Shown piece after piece: positions 39,189 through 48,081 of a DNA stretch of 64,000 nucleotides. The translations under genes were made by a program, and so were the position numbers. Source of the DNA: an uncultured virus (IMG/VR IMGVR_UViG_3300020215_000002) (lineage: Duplodnaviria > Heunggongvirae > Uroviricota > Caudoviricetes). The notes under the pieces are model-generated. The model was given only the letters and a program-made list of their open reading frames with translations, ran no database searches and had not been told where the DNA came from. How positions within the stretch are numbered: the stretch's first letter is position 1; each line of letters begins with the position of its first letter. The stretch lies in IMG/VR virus record IMGVR_UViG_3300020215_000002, one strand, 5' to 3'.

Positions 39189-39503
39189 TCACATGGGCGA
39201 ACCAGGGCGGTCAGGGGGCGGCTCCGCCACGGCCGGCCACTCCCCCGTGTCGGCCTCGCTGTCGCAGTCCGAGTCGCACACCTCGGACATCACCGGGCGG
39301 TACACGCCGAGCATCCGGGGGTCGCCGGTGGCCACAGGGCGGTCTTGTAGGCGGGCCGCAAGGTCCGCCCCCAAGTTCTCCACCCGCAGGGCTTCCGCTT
39401 CGGCGGGGCCGATGACCCAGGTCAACTCCGGCAGGGTGTCGTCAAACCACGCCTGCGGGGGCGGGTGCGAGGCGGCCAGCCGGCGGAGTTCGTCGTTACT
39501 CAC
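39189..39503 (-). CDS. Hypothetical protein
   Basis: Coupled ORF. Confidence 0.5.
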   Translation of the reverse strand: MSNDELRRLAASHPPPQAWFDDTLPELTWVIGPAEAEALRVENLGADLAARLQDRPVATGDPRMLGVYRPVMSEVCDSDCDSEADTGEWPAVAEPPPDRPGSPM

Positions 39504-39808
39504 GAAGCCCCCCGGCGGGCCGCCTCAATCAACTTCCGCTCCCACTCCCGCCGCCGGTCCCGGTCCTGCCGCATCTCGCCCATGTCGTGCGCGACAAAGG
39601 CGAACAGCAGGACCCCGCCAAAACCGACCGCCATCCCGCCGAACAGCACTTGGCCCTGCCAGTCGCCCGGGAGGGCCACCCCCATGAAGATGGCCACGAC
39701 CCAGAAGCCGGCCCACATCGCCGTCCGGCCCGCGAACCCGAGGCACGCCAGCGGCCACCCGTCCCAGGCCGCCCCGCCCGGCTCGTCGTAGTCGGCCCGC
39801 TCGCTCAT
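39500..39808 (-). CDS. Two-TM membrane protein with charged C-terminus (holin candidate)
   Basis: Two hydrophobic helices followed by RQDRDRRREWERK. Confidence 0.5.
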   Translation of the reverse strand: MSERADYDEPGGAAWDGWPLACLGFAGRTAMWAGFWVVAIFMGVALPGDWQGQVLFGGMAVGFGGVLLFAFVAHDMGEMRQDRDRRREWERKLIEAARRGAS

Positions 39809-40149
39809 TCCGGCACCTTGGCGGCCCCGGTCACGACCACGTACCGGTACTGGCCCCCGCCCCCGTGCCGGCCGAACACCCGCACCCGACTCCCCGCCTC
39901 GAACTTCCCCACCTGGGTCTCGGCCTCGGCCCCGGCCTTGGTGTCCTCGAACACCAGCCAGAACTCCTTCCGCGGCTCGTCCGGCTGGCCCGGCAGGACG
40001 ACCACGGGCGCCCGCTCGTGCCGCCACTCCAGGTAGCCCTCGACGGCGGGGGCGTCCTTCGGGGCCGGGGCCGTCCAGGCGGGAGAGTGGACGAAGGCGA
40101 CGGCCAGGACGAGCAGGCCGGCCAGCAGGTATCGGAGTTCGGACCGCAT
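39805..40149 (-). CDS. Secreted hypothetical protein
   Basis: MRSELRYLLAGLLVLAVAFVHSPAWTAPAPK signal peptide. Confidence 0.6.
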   Translation of the reverse strand: MRSELRYLLAGLLVLAVAFVHSPAWTAPAPKDAPAVEGYLEWRHERAPVVVLPGQPDEPRKEFWLVFEDTKAGAEAETQVGKFEAGSRVRVFGRHGGGGQYRYVVVTGAAKVPE

Positions 40150-40274
40150 CACTGGGCCCCCGACAGCAAGGCGGCAAGGGCGAGGGTGGTCAGGATGAGG
40201 CCGCCCAGCAGCCACACCCCGGCATACGAGGGCCGGGGGTACGCGGTCTCCTGCGGTCGCTGTCTCCAGTCCAT
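40149..40274 (-). CDS. 41-aa single-TM protein (not in the ORF track)
   Basis: MDWRQRPQETAYPRPSYAGVWLLGGLILTTLALAALLSGAQ; TGATG overlap with the next gene. Confidence 0.5.
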   Translation of the reverse strand: MDWRQRPQETAYPRPSYAGVWLLGGLILTTLALAALLSGAQ

Positions 40275-40319
40275 GCCGGCGACTGTCGCCCCGCGGCGGG
40301 GCGGGCGGGAGGGGCGCCC

Positions 40320-40631
40320 CTACCGGAACTTGGCGAAGGCTTGCCGCAGGGCCGTGGCGACCAGCGTCACCTCCCCGTCCGCGGTCAGCTTGGCCAACAG
40401 CGAGTCCAGTTCCAGGAACGCGGCCTTGGCCGTCGCGTTGTCCGGGAACCCGAACTTGTCCCGCAGGTACGGGTAGCTCGCGTCCTGGCCCGTGTCGCCG
40501 TCGATCATCTGGACCATCGTGGCCCGCAGGTCGATCAGCTCGTCCAGGCCCTGCTCCAGGCGGGCCAGGCTGCCGCGGAGTTGGGCCGGGTAGCTCCCCC
40601 CGCCCGCGTATGTCAGGTGGCCGACCGGCAT
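40320..40631 (-). CDS. Hypothetical protein
   Basis: AAGGGG SD; helical composition. Confidence 0.65.
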   Translation of the reverse strand: MPVGHLTYAGGGSYPAQLRGSLARLEQGLDELIDLRATMVQMIDGDTGQDASYPYLRDKFGFPDNATAKAAFLELDSLLAKLTADGEVTLVATALRQAFAKFR

Positions 40632-40667
40632 GAGATCCCCCTTTCGCACTTAACCGCCGCGCAACAA

Positions 40668-41669
40668 CTAATTGACCCGCCACAGGACCAGCCTGGTGTC
40701 CGTGTTGATCGTCTCGGACGAGAGCGGGCGGTTGACCCCCGTCGAGGTGAGGTCGATGTCGGCCGTGCTGCCCAGCAGGATGTAGCTGCTGATCGTGTGG
40801 CTGAGCTTGACCTGGCTCGGGGAGGCGGCCGTCCCCCAGTTGCTGGCGGAGTAGCTCTGCGGGACGGCGGACGTCAGCCCGGAACTGGTAATGTCCACCT
40901 GGGCCTCGATGCCGAACCCGGTCGGGGCGGTGAACCGCACGGCCCCGGTCAGCAGGTACTGGCCGGCCGGGACGTTCAGGAACCCGGTCAGGGCGTGCGC
41001 GACCCAGACCCCGCTCGTGCTCGACACCCCGCCCGTCCCCTCGTCCGTCTCGTGGACGCTCAGCGTGCCGGTCGGGCGGGGGGGCGCCGAGTAGCACGCC
41101 ACGCCCGAGTTGTTCACCCCCAAGAACAGGGCGTTGGCGACGTAGTCGCCGGCCGCGAACCCCCCGCCGTCCGGGTCCTCCACCCGCACCTCCGTGGCGC
41201 TCGCGTCCCCCCACGTCCCCGCCGACGCGCTCCACGCCTGCACGCGGGCCGGGTAGCCGAACGAGTTCGCGGCACCCGACTGGACTTGCAGGACGGCCCC
41301 GGACGTCCCCCCGCCGCCGATGACCTCGTGGTTCATGCCGGTGGCTGCGGCGAGGCCGATCCGCCGCAGCCACACCTTGACCGGGCTCGTCGGGGTCGCC
41401 CCCAGCGTGCTCCCGTCCGGCATCCGGGCCACGTCCACGGCCGGCGTCCCGGTCCGCCCGCCGATCATCGTCGTCCGCGCCCCGCCGGCCCCGAACGCCT
41501 CCTCGTACCACCCGTGCTGCCCCGTGGTCCCGGACGTGATCGCCGCCGGGAAGATTTCGGGCGCCTGCCCGAGCAGCGACTGCACCTGATTCCGCAGGCG
41601 GGCGAACTCGCCCAACTGCTCGTTGAGGTACGCCGCGTCTGCCGGGGACAGGGGGCCGGGCCGGATCAT
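40668..41669 (-). CDS. Putative tail tip/fiber-associated structural protein
   Basis: N-terminal GPLSPADAAYLNE coil followed by a Gly/Thr/Ser-rich beta region; position in the late operon. Confidence 0.55.
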   Translation of the reverse strand: MIRPGPLSPADAAYLNEQLGEFARLRNQVQSLLGQAPEIFPAAITSGTTGQHGWYEEAFGAGGARTTMIGGRTGTPAVDVARMPDGSTLGATPTSPVKVWLRRIGLAAATGMNHEVIGGGGTSGAVLQVQSGAANSFGYPARVQAWSASAGTWGDASATEVRVEDPDGGGFAAGDYVANALFLGVNNSGVACYSAPPRPTGTLSVHETDEGTGGVSSTSGVWVAHALTGFLNVPAGQYLLTGAVRFTAPTGFGIEAQVDITSSGLTSAVPQSYSASNWGTAASPSQVKLSHTISSYILLGSTADIDLTSTGVNRPLSSETINTDTRLVLWRVN

Positions 41670-41734
41670 GCCCGCGATTCTGTCCCCACTCCGGGGCGGT
41701 TCCCCCCGCCCCGCCCGACTGTGACAACGGACCC

Positions 41735-42082
41735 ATGTTCTTCGGCCGCAATACGGTGCTGGCGGACCTCCGGCTGCACAAGGCCCAGGCGGGATTGGTC
41801 CGGGCGGGCACGCTCAACCTGCTCGGGGGCGGCACCGTCGCCTACGCGAACGTCTGCGTCTGGCCGCACACGGAAGTCAGCGGGTTGGGGCAGGAGTCCG
41901 CGGCCCACCAGGAGGCGACGGTGACCGCCTGGCGGGTGGGCGAGGCGCAACCCCCCCGCGTGGACGACACCTGGGCCGTGGGCGGGAAGGTGTACGGGAT
42001 CTTGCAGGCCACCGCCCGGCACAGCGACGACGAATCCTCCGGCTACGCGATCTACGACTGCATCTGCACCCGCAAGGCGTGA
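41735..42082 (+). CDS. Putative head-closure protein
   Basis: 115 aa, PRVDDTWAVGGKVYGIL; first gene of the tail block. Confidence 0.55.
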   Translation: MFFGRNTVLADLRLHKAQAGLVRAGTLNLLGGGTVAYANVCVWPHTEVSGLGQESAAHQEATVTAWRVGEAQPPRVDDTWAVGGKVYGILQATARHSDDESSGYAIYDCICTRKA

Positions 42083-42091
42083 GGCCCCCTA

Positions 42092-42526
42092 ATGGCTGCC
42101 CTGACCATCGCCACCGCGAACGTCATGCCGACGTCCGTCACCGGGATCGCCAACGTGACCGTCGTCGGCACGGCCGGCACGGCGATTGTCGCCGGCAAGG
42201 CGGTCTACGTTGATGCCTCGAACAAGGTCCAGCTCGCCGACGCCAACGTGTCGAGCACTCAGGCCGCCGCGGTCGGGATCGCCCTCGTCAACGCCCAGGC
42301 GTCGCAGCCCGTCATCTACCAGAAGGCCGGCGCGGTTGCGCTGGGGACCACTGTTCTGTCCACCGGCGTGTGGTACGGGGTGGGCGCAACCTCGCCCGGC
42401 GACATCAACCCGGCGGCCGACCTGACCAGCTCGTGGTTCTCGACCTTCCTGGGCTACGCCTACTCGAACACCGTCCTGATTATCCCCACGCAGGGGCCGG
42501 TCATCACGAACGTCGTCCTGGTGTGA
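42092..42526 (+). CDS. Putative virion decoration/cement protein
   Basis: AGTAIVAGKAVY..LADAN..AVGIAL..Y..ATSPGDI motif of phage structural proteins. Confidence 0.65.
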   Translation: MAALTIATANVMPTSVTGIANVTVVGTAGTAIVAGKAVYVDASNKVQLADANVSSTQAAAVGIALVNAQASQPVIYQKAGAVALGTTVLSTGVWYGVGATSPGDINPAADLTSSWFSTFLGYAYSNTVLIIPTQGPVITNVVLV

Positions 42527-42529
42527 CCC

Positions 42530-42982
42530 GTGTCGCAGGCGAAGCAACAAGCCGACGCGATGGTAGCCGCGATCCAGGGGATTTCCGGGGCGCCCGGCCT
42601 CATCGAGTGGCGGAAGACCGACGTGCTCCACCCCCGGCGCGACGACGGGAGCGGGGGCGATCCCGATGAGGCGGTGATCCTGACCGGGGGGGGCCGGACG
42701 CCCAACGGCCGGGCCTTCGGAAACTCGGTCGGGTACGAGTACGTCTGGCAGGTCACGGTTTACGGCCGCGAGACGCCGGACGTGAAGGTCGAAGACGACG
42801 TGCGGCTGTCCTTTGTCGAACGGGTCGTCCAGGCCCTCGCCGTGACGACCCTGGCCGGGGCCCCCGCCGTCTGGGACTTCGAGGTGACGCCGCGCGGGGA
42901 TTGGGGTGTCCCCTCGTTCCGCAACGGCGTCGAGGTGACCCGCTTCGGCCTGCTGTACCGGACGTGGGAATCGCAGAACTGA
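42530..42982 (+). CDS. Putative tail terminator/completion protein
   Basis: 150 aa; position immediately before the tube gene. Confidence 0.5.
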   Translation: MSQAKQQADAMVAAIQGISGAPGLIEWRKTDVLHPRRDDGSGGDPDEAVILTGGGRTPNGRAFGNSVGYEYVWQVTVYGRETPDVKVEDDVRLSFVERVVQALAVTTLAGAPAVWDFEVTPRGDWGVPSFRNGVEVTRFGLLYRTWESQN

Positions 42983-43004
42983 CCGCAGCGAAAGGTGACC
43001 CCTC

Positions 43005-43430
43005 ATGGCCAGCCCGATCATCCCGCTGTCGTGCAAGACGGGGGTCGTCCTCCTCTCCGGCTTCTCGATCTTCGGCGAGGAGTGGGCGATGGACATCGCC
43101 ATCGAGAACGAGGAGTACAAGACGTTCGGCATGACCCCGGACGTCAACCTGATCACCTGGAAGGACGACATCACGTCCTTCGCCGGCGGGTCGGCCCGCC
43201 TCCGGTGCCGGTGGGACAACACGGCCAACGCCCGGCTGCCGAGTAACAAGGGCGTCTGGCTGGACGCCACCGGGACCGGCTGGCTCGGGTACACCGGGAC
43301 CGTCGGCTTCATCGTGTCCTACCGGGTCATCAACGTCCGCCCGGCCGTGTCCCTGTCCAGCCCGGGGGCGACCATGTTCGACTTCGACCTCCGCATCCGC
43401 GAGTGCGTCTACTCCTTCACGGGGCCCTGA
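43005..43430 (+). CDS. Putative major tail tube protein
   Basis: 141-aa beta-rich protein (EEWAMDI..WKDDITSF..GS); precedes the TAC and TMP genes. Confidence 0.6.
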   Translation: MASPIIPLSCKTGVVLLSGFSIFGEEWAMDIAIENEEYKTFGMTPDVNLITWKDDITSFAGGSARLRCRWDNTANARLPSNKGVWLDATGTGWLGYTGTVGFIVSYRVINVRPAVSLSSPGATMFDFDLRIRECVYSFTGP

Positions 43431-43435
43431 CCAAC

Positions 43436-43906
43436 GTGGCCGAAACCTACCCCGTCACCTGGCGCGGCGAGACCTACCACGCCAGCGACCTCACCGACGA
43501 CATCAAGCACCGTTACTGCGTGGCCCTCTACGGCCACCTGTTGGACAACGCCCGGAAGTTCAAGACGGCGAAGGACTACCTGGACTTCGACCGCAAGCTG
43601 ACGGCGAACCCCCCGGAATGGACCAGCCTGCCCGGCTGGGACGTGCTGGAGTCCTTCAACACCCAGTGGGGCCAGCGGCAGCTCATGCGGCTGGTGCTGG
43701 GGATCGACAAGGACACGATGGGCGACGACGAGTTAGACGAGATGGTGAAGGCGAAGGAGGCCGAGCCGGGGTCGGACCTGAACCGGGCGATGGCCCTCAT
43801 CCGGGAGGCCGCCGACCCAAAAGCCCGGAAGGGCGGGCCTGGTTCGCCCCGCCCGGAGGCCGGAAGCGAACTTACGCCTCCCTCTGCAACGAACCCGTCG
43901 GCCTGA
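43436..43906 (+). CDS. Tail assembly chaperone (gpG-like)
   Basis: Between tube and TMP; slippery C CCA AAA at 43816-43822 (D-P-K). Confidence 0.7.
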   Translation: MAETYPVTWRGETYHASDLTDDIKHRYCVALYGHLLDNARKFKTAKDYLDFDRKLTANPPEWTSLPGWDVLESFNTQWGQRQLMRLVLGIDKDTMGDDELDEMVKAKEAEPGSDLNRAMALIREAADPKARKGGPGSPRPEAGSELTPPSATNPSA

Positions 43907-44214
43907 AGCGGCCCGAAGTCGCCCAACTCACCTACCGCGAAATGTGGGAGACCTACGTGGAGCCGATCTTGAAGGCGCAGGCCGAGTTGCGGAAGGACGC
44001 GGGCAACACGGACGGCCCGGTCCTTCCCGATTCCGCCCCCGCCACCATCGACCACACGGTCGCCGCCGCCCAGGCCGCGGCCCTGATGTTCGGGGCCGAT
44101 CCGCTGGAGGTGGGGAAGGCGGTGCGCAAGTCCTGGCCCCCGAAGGCGGGCGACCTGGACGCCATGCGGGCCAAGCTCCTCGCCCGCGAGAAGGCCACGG
44201 CGGAGAAGTCGTAA
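43816..44214 (+). CDS. -1 frameshift extension of the tail assembly chaperone (gpT-like)
   Basis: The -1 frame is open from the slippery site to 44214, with PEVAQLTYREM. Confidence 0.65.
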   Translation, partial: PKSPEGRAWFAPPGGRKRTYASLCNEPVGLKRPEVAQLTYREMWETYVEPILKAQAELRKDAGNTDGPVLPDSAPATIDHTVAAAQAAALMFGADPLEVGKAVRKSWPPKAGDLDAMRAKLLAREKATAEKS

Positions 44215-44217
44215 CCC

Positions 44218-45402
44218 ATGCCCCTGCCGGCCATCGTCGCCGCTCTCGGGAGGATCGCGCCGGCCCTCATGGGGTCCGGGGGCGGGGCGGCCGGTGCTGC
44301 GCACGGGATCGAGGGGGCCGCGGCCCTCTATAAGGGCGGCGGGGCGGCCGGCGCCGGCGGGGGCTTGGCCGGCCTGACGGACATGCTCGCCGGCAACAGC
44401 GGGCAGGCCCTCCAGACCGTCAGCGCCATCCAGGCCCTCGTCGGGTCCATCGGGGGGATGCCCAAGCCCGCGGAACTCGCCGCGGCCGGCGTCAAGAAAC
44501 TCCACGACACGTTCGTCGCCCTGCCCGCCGAGGTCCTCAAGGCCAAGGAGATGATTGTTTCGACGGGGCGGGCGTGGGTCGAGGCGCTCGCGGCGCCGGC
44601 GAAGGTCGTTCGCGAACTCGGGGACTCGATTTCACAATTCACGCGGCTAAGCAATCCGGCCGCCGTGAAGATGTTTGAGTACCGCATCGAGAATACGTTC
44701 GCGACCATCGGCCGCACGCTCGAACCGATCATGCAGGCCCTCACCCGCTCGGCCGAGAAGGTCGGGGACGCCTTCGCCCGCCTCCGGCCGGCAATGGAGC
44801 CGGTGGCCCGCGGCGTGGCCGAACTCATCGACACCATCACCGACTGGGGCGGGGTCATGGCCGACAGCCTGGGGCCGACCCTCCAGATGGCCAGCCTGCA
44901 CTTCCTCGCGATGGCCCGCGTCATCGACACCCTCCAGCGGCCGATTACCGAACTCAACCGGAAGTTCAACGAGCTGCGGCGGGGCGTGCTGGAGCTGCTC
45001 GGGCTGCCGACGGGGGTGGATGAGGGGGCGCGGAGCGACGTGGCCGTGCGGGAGCCGCGGTACGGGACGGTCGAGAGTATTCAGAGGGAAGCCGCTCGCA
45101 ACAGCCTGATGGCGTCGCTGAACCCGGACGAGCAGCAGAAGAGGGATGTGCCGAGTCTACTCCAGGCGGTCGTCACTTTCCTGAACCAAAACCTGTCCAA
45201 GAAGGTGCTTCACGACACGATGGTAAGGGCCCTAAAGGAGGCCAAGAATGCCGTCACCGACCACCCGCTCGCCGGCCCCGGCCTGAAGTTGCTAGGCAGT
45301 GATGATGACGGCAGCAGGTCCGGCCTGTCCATCGAGGCGGTCCGCGAGTTCAGTTTGGCCGATCTCATCCGCCAGCGGCAGGCGATGCTTCAGGAGAGCT
45401 AA
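44218..45402 (+). CDS. Short tape measure protein
   Basis: Ala/Leu-rich amphipathic helices (ATIGRTLEPIMQAL); position after the TAC. Confidence 0.7.
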   Translation: MPLPAIVAALGRIAPALMGSGGGAAGAAHGIEGAAALYKGGGAAGAGGGLAGLTDMLAGNSGQALQTVSAIQALVGSIGGMPKPAELAAAGVKKLHDTFVALPAEVLKAKEMIVSTGRAWVEALAAPAKVVRELGDSISQFTRLSNPAAVKMFEYRIENTFATIGRTLEPIMQALTRSAEKVGDAFARLRPAMEPVARGVAELIDTITDWGGVMADSLGPTLQMASLHFLAMARVIDTLQRPITELNRKFNELRRGVLELLGLPTGVDEGARSDVAVREPRYGTVESIQREAARNSLMASLNPDEQQKRDVPSLLQAVVTFLNQNLSKKVLHDTMVRALKEAKNAVTDHPLAGPGLKLLGSDDDGSRSGLSIEAVREFSLADLIRQRQAMLQES

Positions 45403-45405
45403 CCG

Positions 45406-46458
45406 ATGCGACTCCTGGGCGGCCAACTCACGAATAACCAGAATCCATACGAATGGATCGACATTGATTTCAGTTCTGAGGACTGGGCCGAGGCGGTGAG
45501 CCTTTACGCCCCCTCGCAACTCGCGATGGGCCGCAAGAGGTCACACGCCACCCTGACCGGCTATATCCCGTTCGCCCGCATCTCCGGCGCCGTCAAATAC
45601 TTCCTCGGCTTCTCCTGGGTGGACGGGGGAAACTTCCTCCGCCGGCAGGTCCCCGCCACCCATCCAATCTTCCCGACCCTGTTTGCCACGGAGATTACCG
45701 AGTGCGTCGGCGTCAAGTTCGTTGCCAAGGCAGCCAAGCCGCACAAGTGGTCCCTCCCTTACGCGACGTACTCCCTCGCCCGGATTACTGTTGGATACTC
45801 TCAACCGCCGTATGAGATCCTGTCCGACGCCGACCTGGATATGACGAGCGCGGAGGCGTACCGCGGCCAGGAACTTCGAAGATGGGTCAACTGGAGCCCC
45901 AAGCCCTACGTTGACCTGCTCGAACTGCCGGGCGGGATGTTCGTCTTCGACGCCCCGGGCGAGGCGTTTAACGACCGCCCGCTGATCCTCCCGCGCCACG
46001 TCTACCGGGCCGAGAAGCAAACGCGCCGGGTCGTCTGGCACAACGTCCCCATCGAGTTCGTCACCGACGACTACGGGTATATGCCCAAGATCGACGCTGC
46101 AATTGGCCGCGTGAGCTCCGACGTTTTCTTCGGCGATCCGACCGGACCCATCGGGTCGCCGGGCCGGCCTGGGACCTGGCTGCTAGAGGACGTGGATACG
46201 GTGAATAACGAGGTCTATGCCGATCCGATTGCGTCTGCCGTCTTCGAGGGGATGACCCGTCGTTTGGACCTGATTTTTACCTTCAAACACTTCAACCCGC
46301 CCAACGGGCGCACGGACGGGGACACCACGGCGGGGTGGGCTCTCAATTTGGCCGCGAATGGAAAGTGGTACCCCGCCAAGAACAGCGTCACCGGCGCCAA
46401 GCAAGATTTCCCCGCCCAGACCTCGTTCTTGAAACTCTTCACCCACTGGTCGGATTAG
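45406..46458 (+). CDS. Putative distal tail/hub protein
   Basis: Follows the TMP; HPIFPTLFATEI and PGTWLL motifs. Confidence 0.6.
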   Translation: MRLLGGQLTNNQNPYEWIDIDFSSEDWAEAVSLYAPSQLAMGRKRSHATLTGYIPFARISGAVKYFLGFSWVDGGNFLRRQVPATHPIFPTLFATEITECVGVKFVAKAAKPHKWSLPYATYSLARITVGYSQPPYEILSDADLDMTSAEAYRGQELRRWVNWSPKPYVDLLELPGGMFVFDAPGEAFNDRPLILPRHVYRAEKQTRRVVWHNVPIEFVTDDYGYMPKIDAAIGRVSSDVFFGDPTGPIGSPGRPGTWLLEDVDTVNNEVYADPIASAVFEGMTRRLDLIFTFKHFNPPNGRTDGDTTAGWALNLAANGKWYPAKNSVTGAKQDFPAQTSFLKLFTHWSD

Positions 46459-46946
46459 CCCTTCCTGACCGCGATCAGCCTTGCTTCCTTACCCCACAAG
46501 TAAGGGATGATCCCGCCGCGGCCGGTCATGGTGAACCTGTCGAGAATCGCCTCGACTTCGATGGTCGCCTCCGGCGCCAACTTGCTGAACTTGTCCTCTT
46601 CCCCCCTGGCGATGTAGACGGTGATGTCGCAGTGGCGAAAGGACACGTACCACCCGGTCTTGTCCCGGTCGATCTTCCCCACCGAGTTCCAGAACCGGAC
46701 GGGCTTGCCGATCCATTTCTTCTCGGCGGCAATCGGGTTGGCCTGGAAGTCGTTGATGATCGGGTTGCCGTTGTCTCCGTCCAGGGCGGCACCTGTGGCC
46801 ACGGCTGGCGAGCCGGCGCCGGTCGTCGCCGCCGACTTCGACAGGGCCAGCACCACGAGGAGCCCGCAGACGGCGACGAAGATTAGGGCGGCCACGCCTC
46901 CGACGGCGAGGCCGATAAGAAGGGTCTGGTTGTTCCGGCGGGGCAT
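46455..46946 (-). CDS. Membrane-anchored OB-fold (tRNA_anti-like) protein
   Basis: TM segment, then DFQANPIAAEKKWIGKPVRFW..V..I. Confidence 0.7.
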   Translation of the reverse strand: MPRRNNQTLLIGLAVGGVAALIFVAVCGLLVVLALSKSAATTGAGSPAVATGAALDGDNGNPIINDFQANPIAAEKKWIGKPVRFWNSVGKIDRDKTGWYVSFRHCDITVYIARGEEDKFSKLAPEATIEVEAILDRFTMTGRGGIIPYLWGKEARLIAVRKG

Positions 46947-46949
46947 GGG

Positions 46950-47159
46950 TCAGCCTTCGGCGAGGTCGTCCAGCGAGACGCCCAGGACCGCGGCCAGCTT
47001 CTTCGCGGTCGCCCACGTCGGCTCGGCGTCCGTCTGCTCCAGATTGCGGACCGCGGCGACGGTAATGTCCGCCGCACGGGCCAACTGTTCCTGGGTCAGG
47101 TCCGCCGCCTTCCGCAGCTTCTTCAGCCGCTCCCCGAACGTCATCGTGGCAACCGCCAT
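46950..47159 (-). CDS. XRE-family HTH repressor
   Basis: TFGERLKKLRKAADLTQEQLARAADITVAAVRNLEQ...P. Confidence 0.92.
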   Translation of the reverse strand: MAVATMTFGERLKKLRKAADLTQEQLARAADITVAAVRNLEQTDAEPTWATAKKLAAVLGVSLDDLAEG

Positions 47160-47204
47160 AAGCGCCTCCGGTCCTACCCTGTAAGTATTTCGCCGCTACT
47201 ACCC

Positions 47205-47234
47205 TTGACTTCAATACACTTGCGTTGGTACTAT
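47205..47234 (+). promoter_or_regulatory. Sigma70-like promoter divergent from the repressor
   Basis: TTGACT-18-TACTAT with extended TG. Confidence 0.65.
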
Positions 47235-47373
47235 CCGAATCGCACCAACGGTGGGTGCAAAAAGAAAGGCGCCGCCCTCGCCCCGCTGGCCCGTTCCGGC
47301 CTAGCCTCTTACCCCCACACGGTGTCGTCGTCCTTTCCTCGGCGTTAGAATAACGCCATTGGAGGTCCCGCTC

Positions 47374-48081
47374 ATGGCCACGAAGATGACGCCCGAAGAG
47401 CGGGAGCGCGTTCGGATTCGCAAGAAAGCCTACCGGGAGCGACGCCGTCAGCGCGCCCGAGACTATGAACGGGCTTACTACCAGAGGAACCGCAAGCAAA
47501 TCCAAAAGCGGAAGCAAGCCTATTCCAAATCCTACCGCGAGAGGAACCGGGCTGTTCTTGCGGAGAAGAGAAAGGCTTATTACGAACAGAACAAACGACG
47601 CCTGCTGCTGGCGCAGAGGGCCTACCGTGATCGCAACCGGGAGAAAATCCGGCAGCGAAACCGGGCAAGGCACAGGAGTCTGGCCCAGAACGATGCCTAT
47701 CGCCGTTCCCGCAAAGCATATTACGAAAGCAGGCGCCGCCACATCATTGACCAACACAAAGAATACCGCGCGAAGAACCCGGAGCGTGTCCGCAAGTGTC
47801 AGCAAGAGTACCGCGAACGAAACCGTGATCGCATCCAGAAGCGGAAGAAAGCCTACAACCAGCACAACCGGAAAAGGATCAGCGAACAGCGAAAAGCCTT
47901 CTACCGGGCCAACAGGGATCGCCTTCTTGCGGACAAGAAAAGGCGCGACACGATCTACCGAGAGCAAAACCGCGAGCGCGTTAGAAAGACACGGGCCGCC
48001 TACCGCAGCAGGAAGGCCCTTGCCAAGCTCCAAGCTGAACTCATCGTTCTCCGTGCCCACCTAAAAGGAAAGTCCGAATGA
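47374..48081 (+). CDS. Highly basic helical repeat protein (~15-aa Y-x-x-x-N-R repeats)
   Basis: Repeated KAYYEQNKRR, RAYRDRNREKI, KEYRAKNPERV; GGAGG SD. Confidence 0.75.
   Translation: MATKMTPEERERVRIRKKAYRERRRQRARDYERAYYQRNRKQIQKRKQAYSKSYRERNRAVLAEKRKAYYEQNKRRLLLAQRAYRDRNREKIRQRNRARHRSLAQNDAYRRSRKAYYESRRRHIIDQHKEYRAKNPERVRKCQQEYRERNRDRIQKRKKAYNQHNRKRISEQRKAFYRANRDRLLADKKRRDTIYREQNRERVRKTRAAYRSRKALAKLQAELIVLRAHLKGKSE

Noticed and set aside
46489..48060. 523-aa hydrophobic minus-strand ORF
   Set aside because: Antisense shadow of the Lys/Arg repeat gene; it also overlaps better-supported genes.
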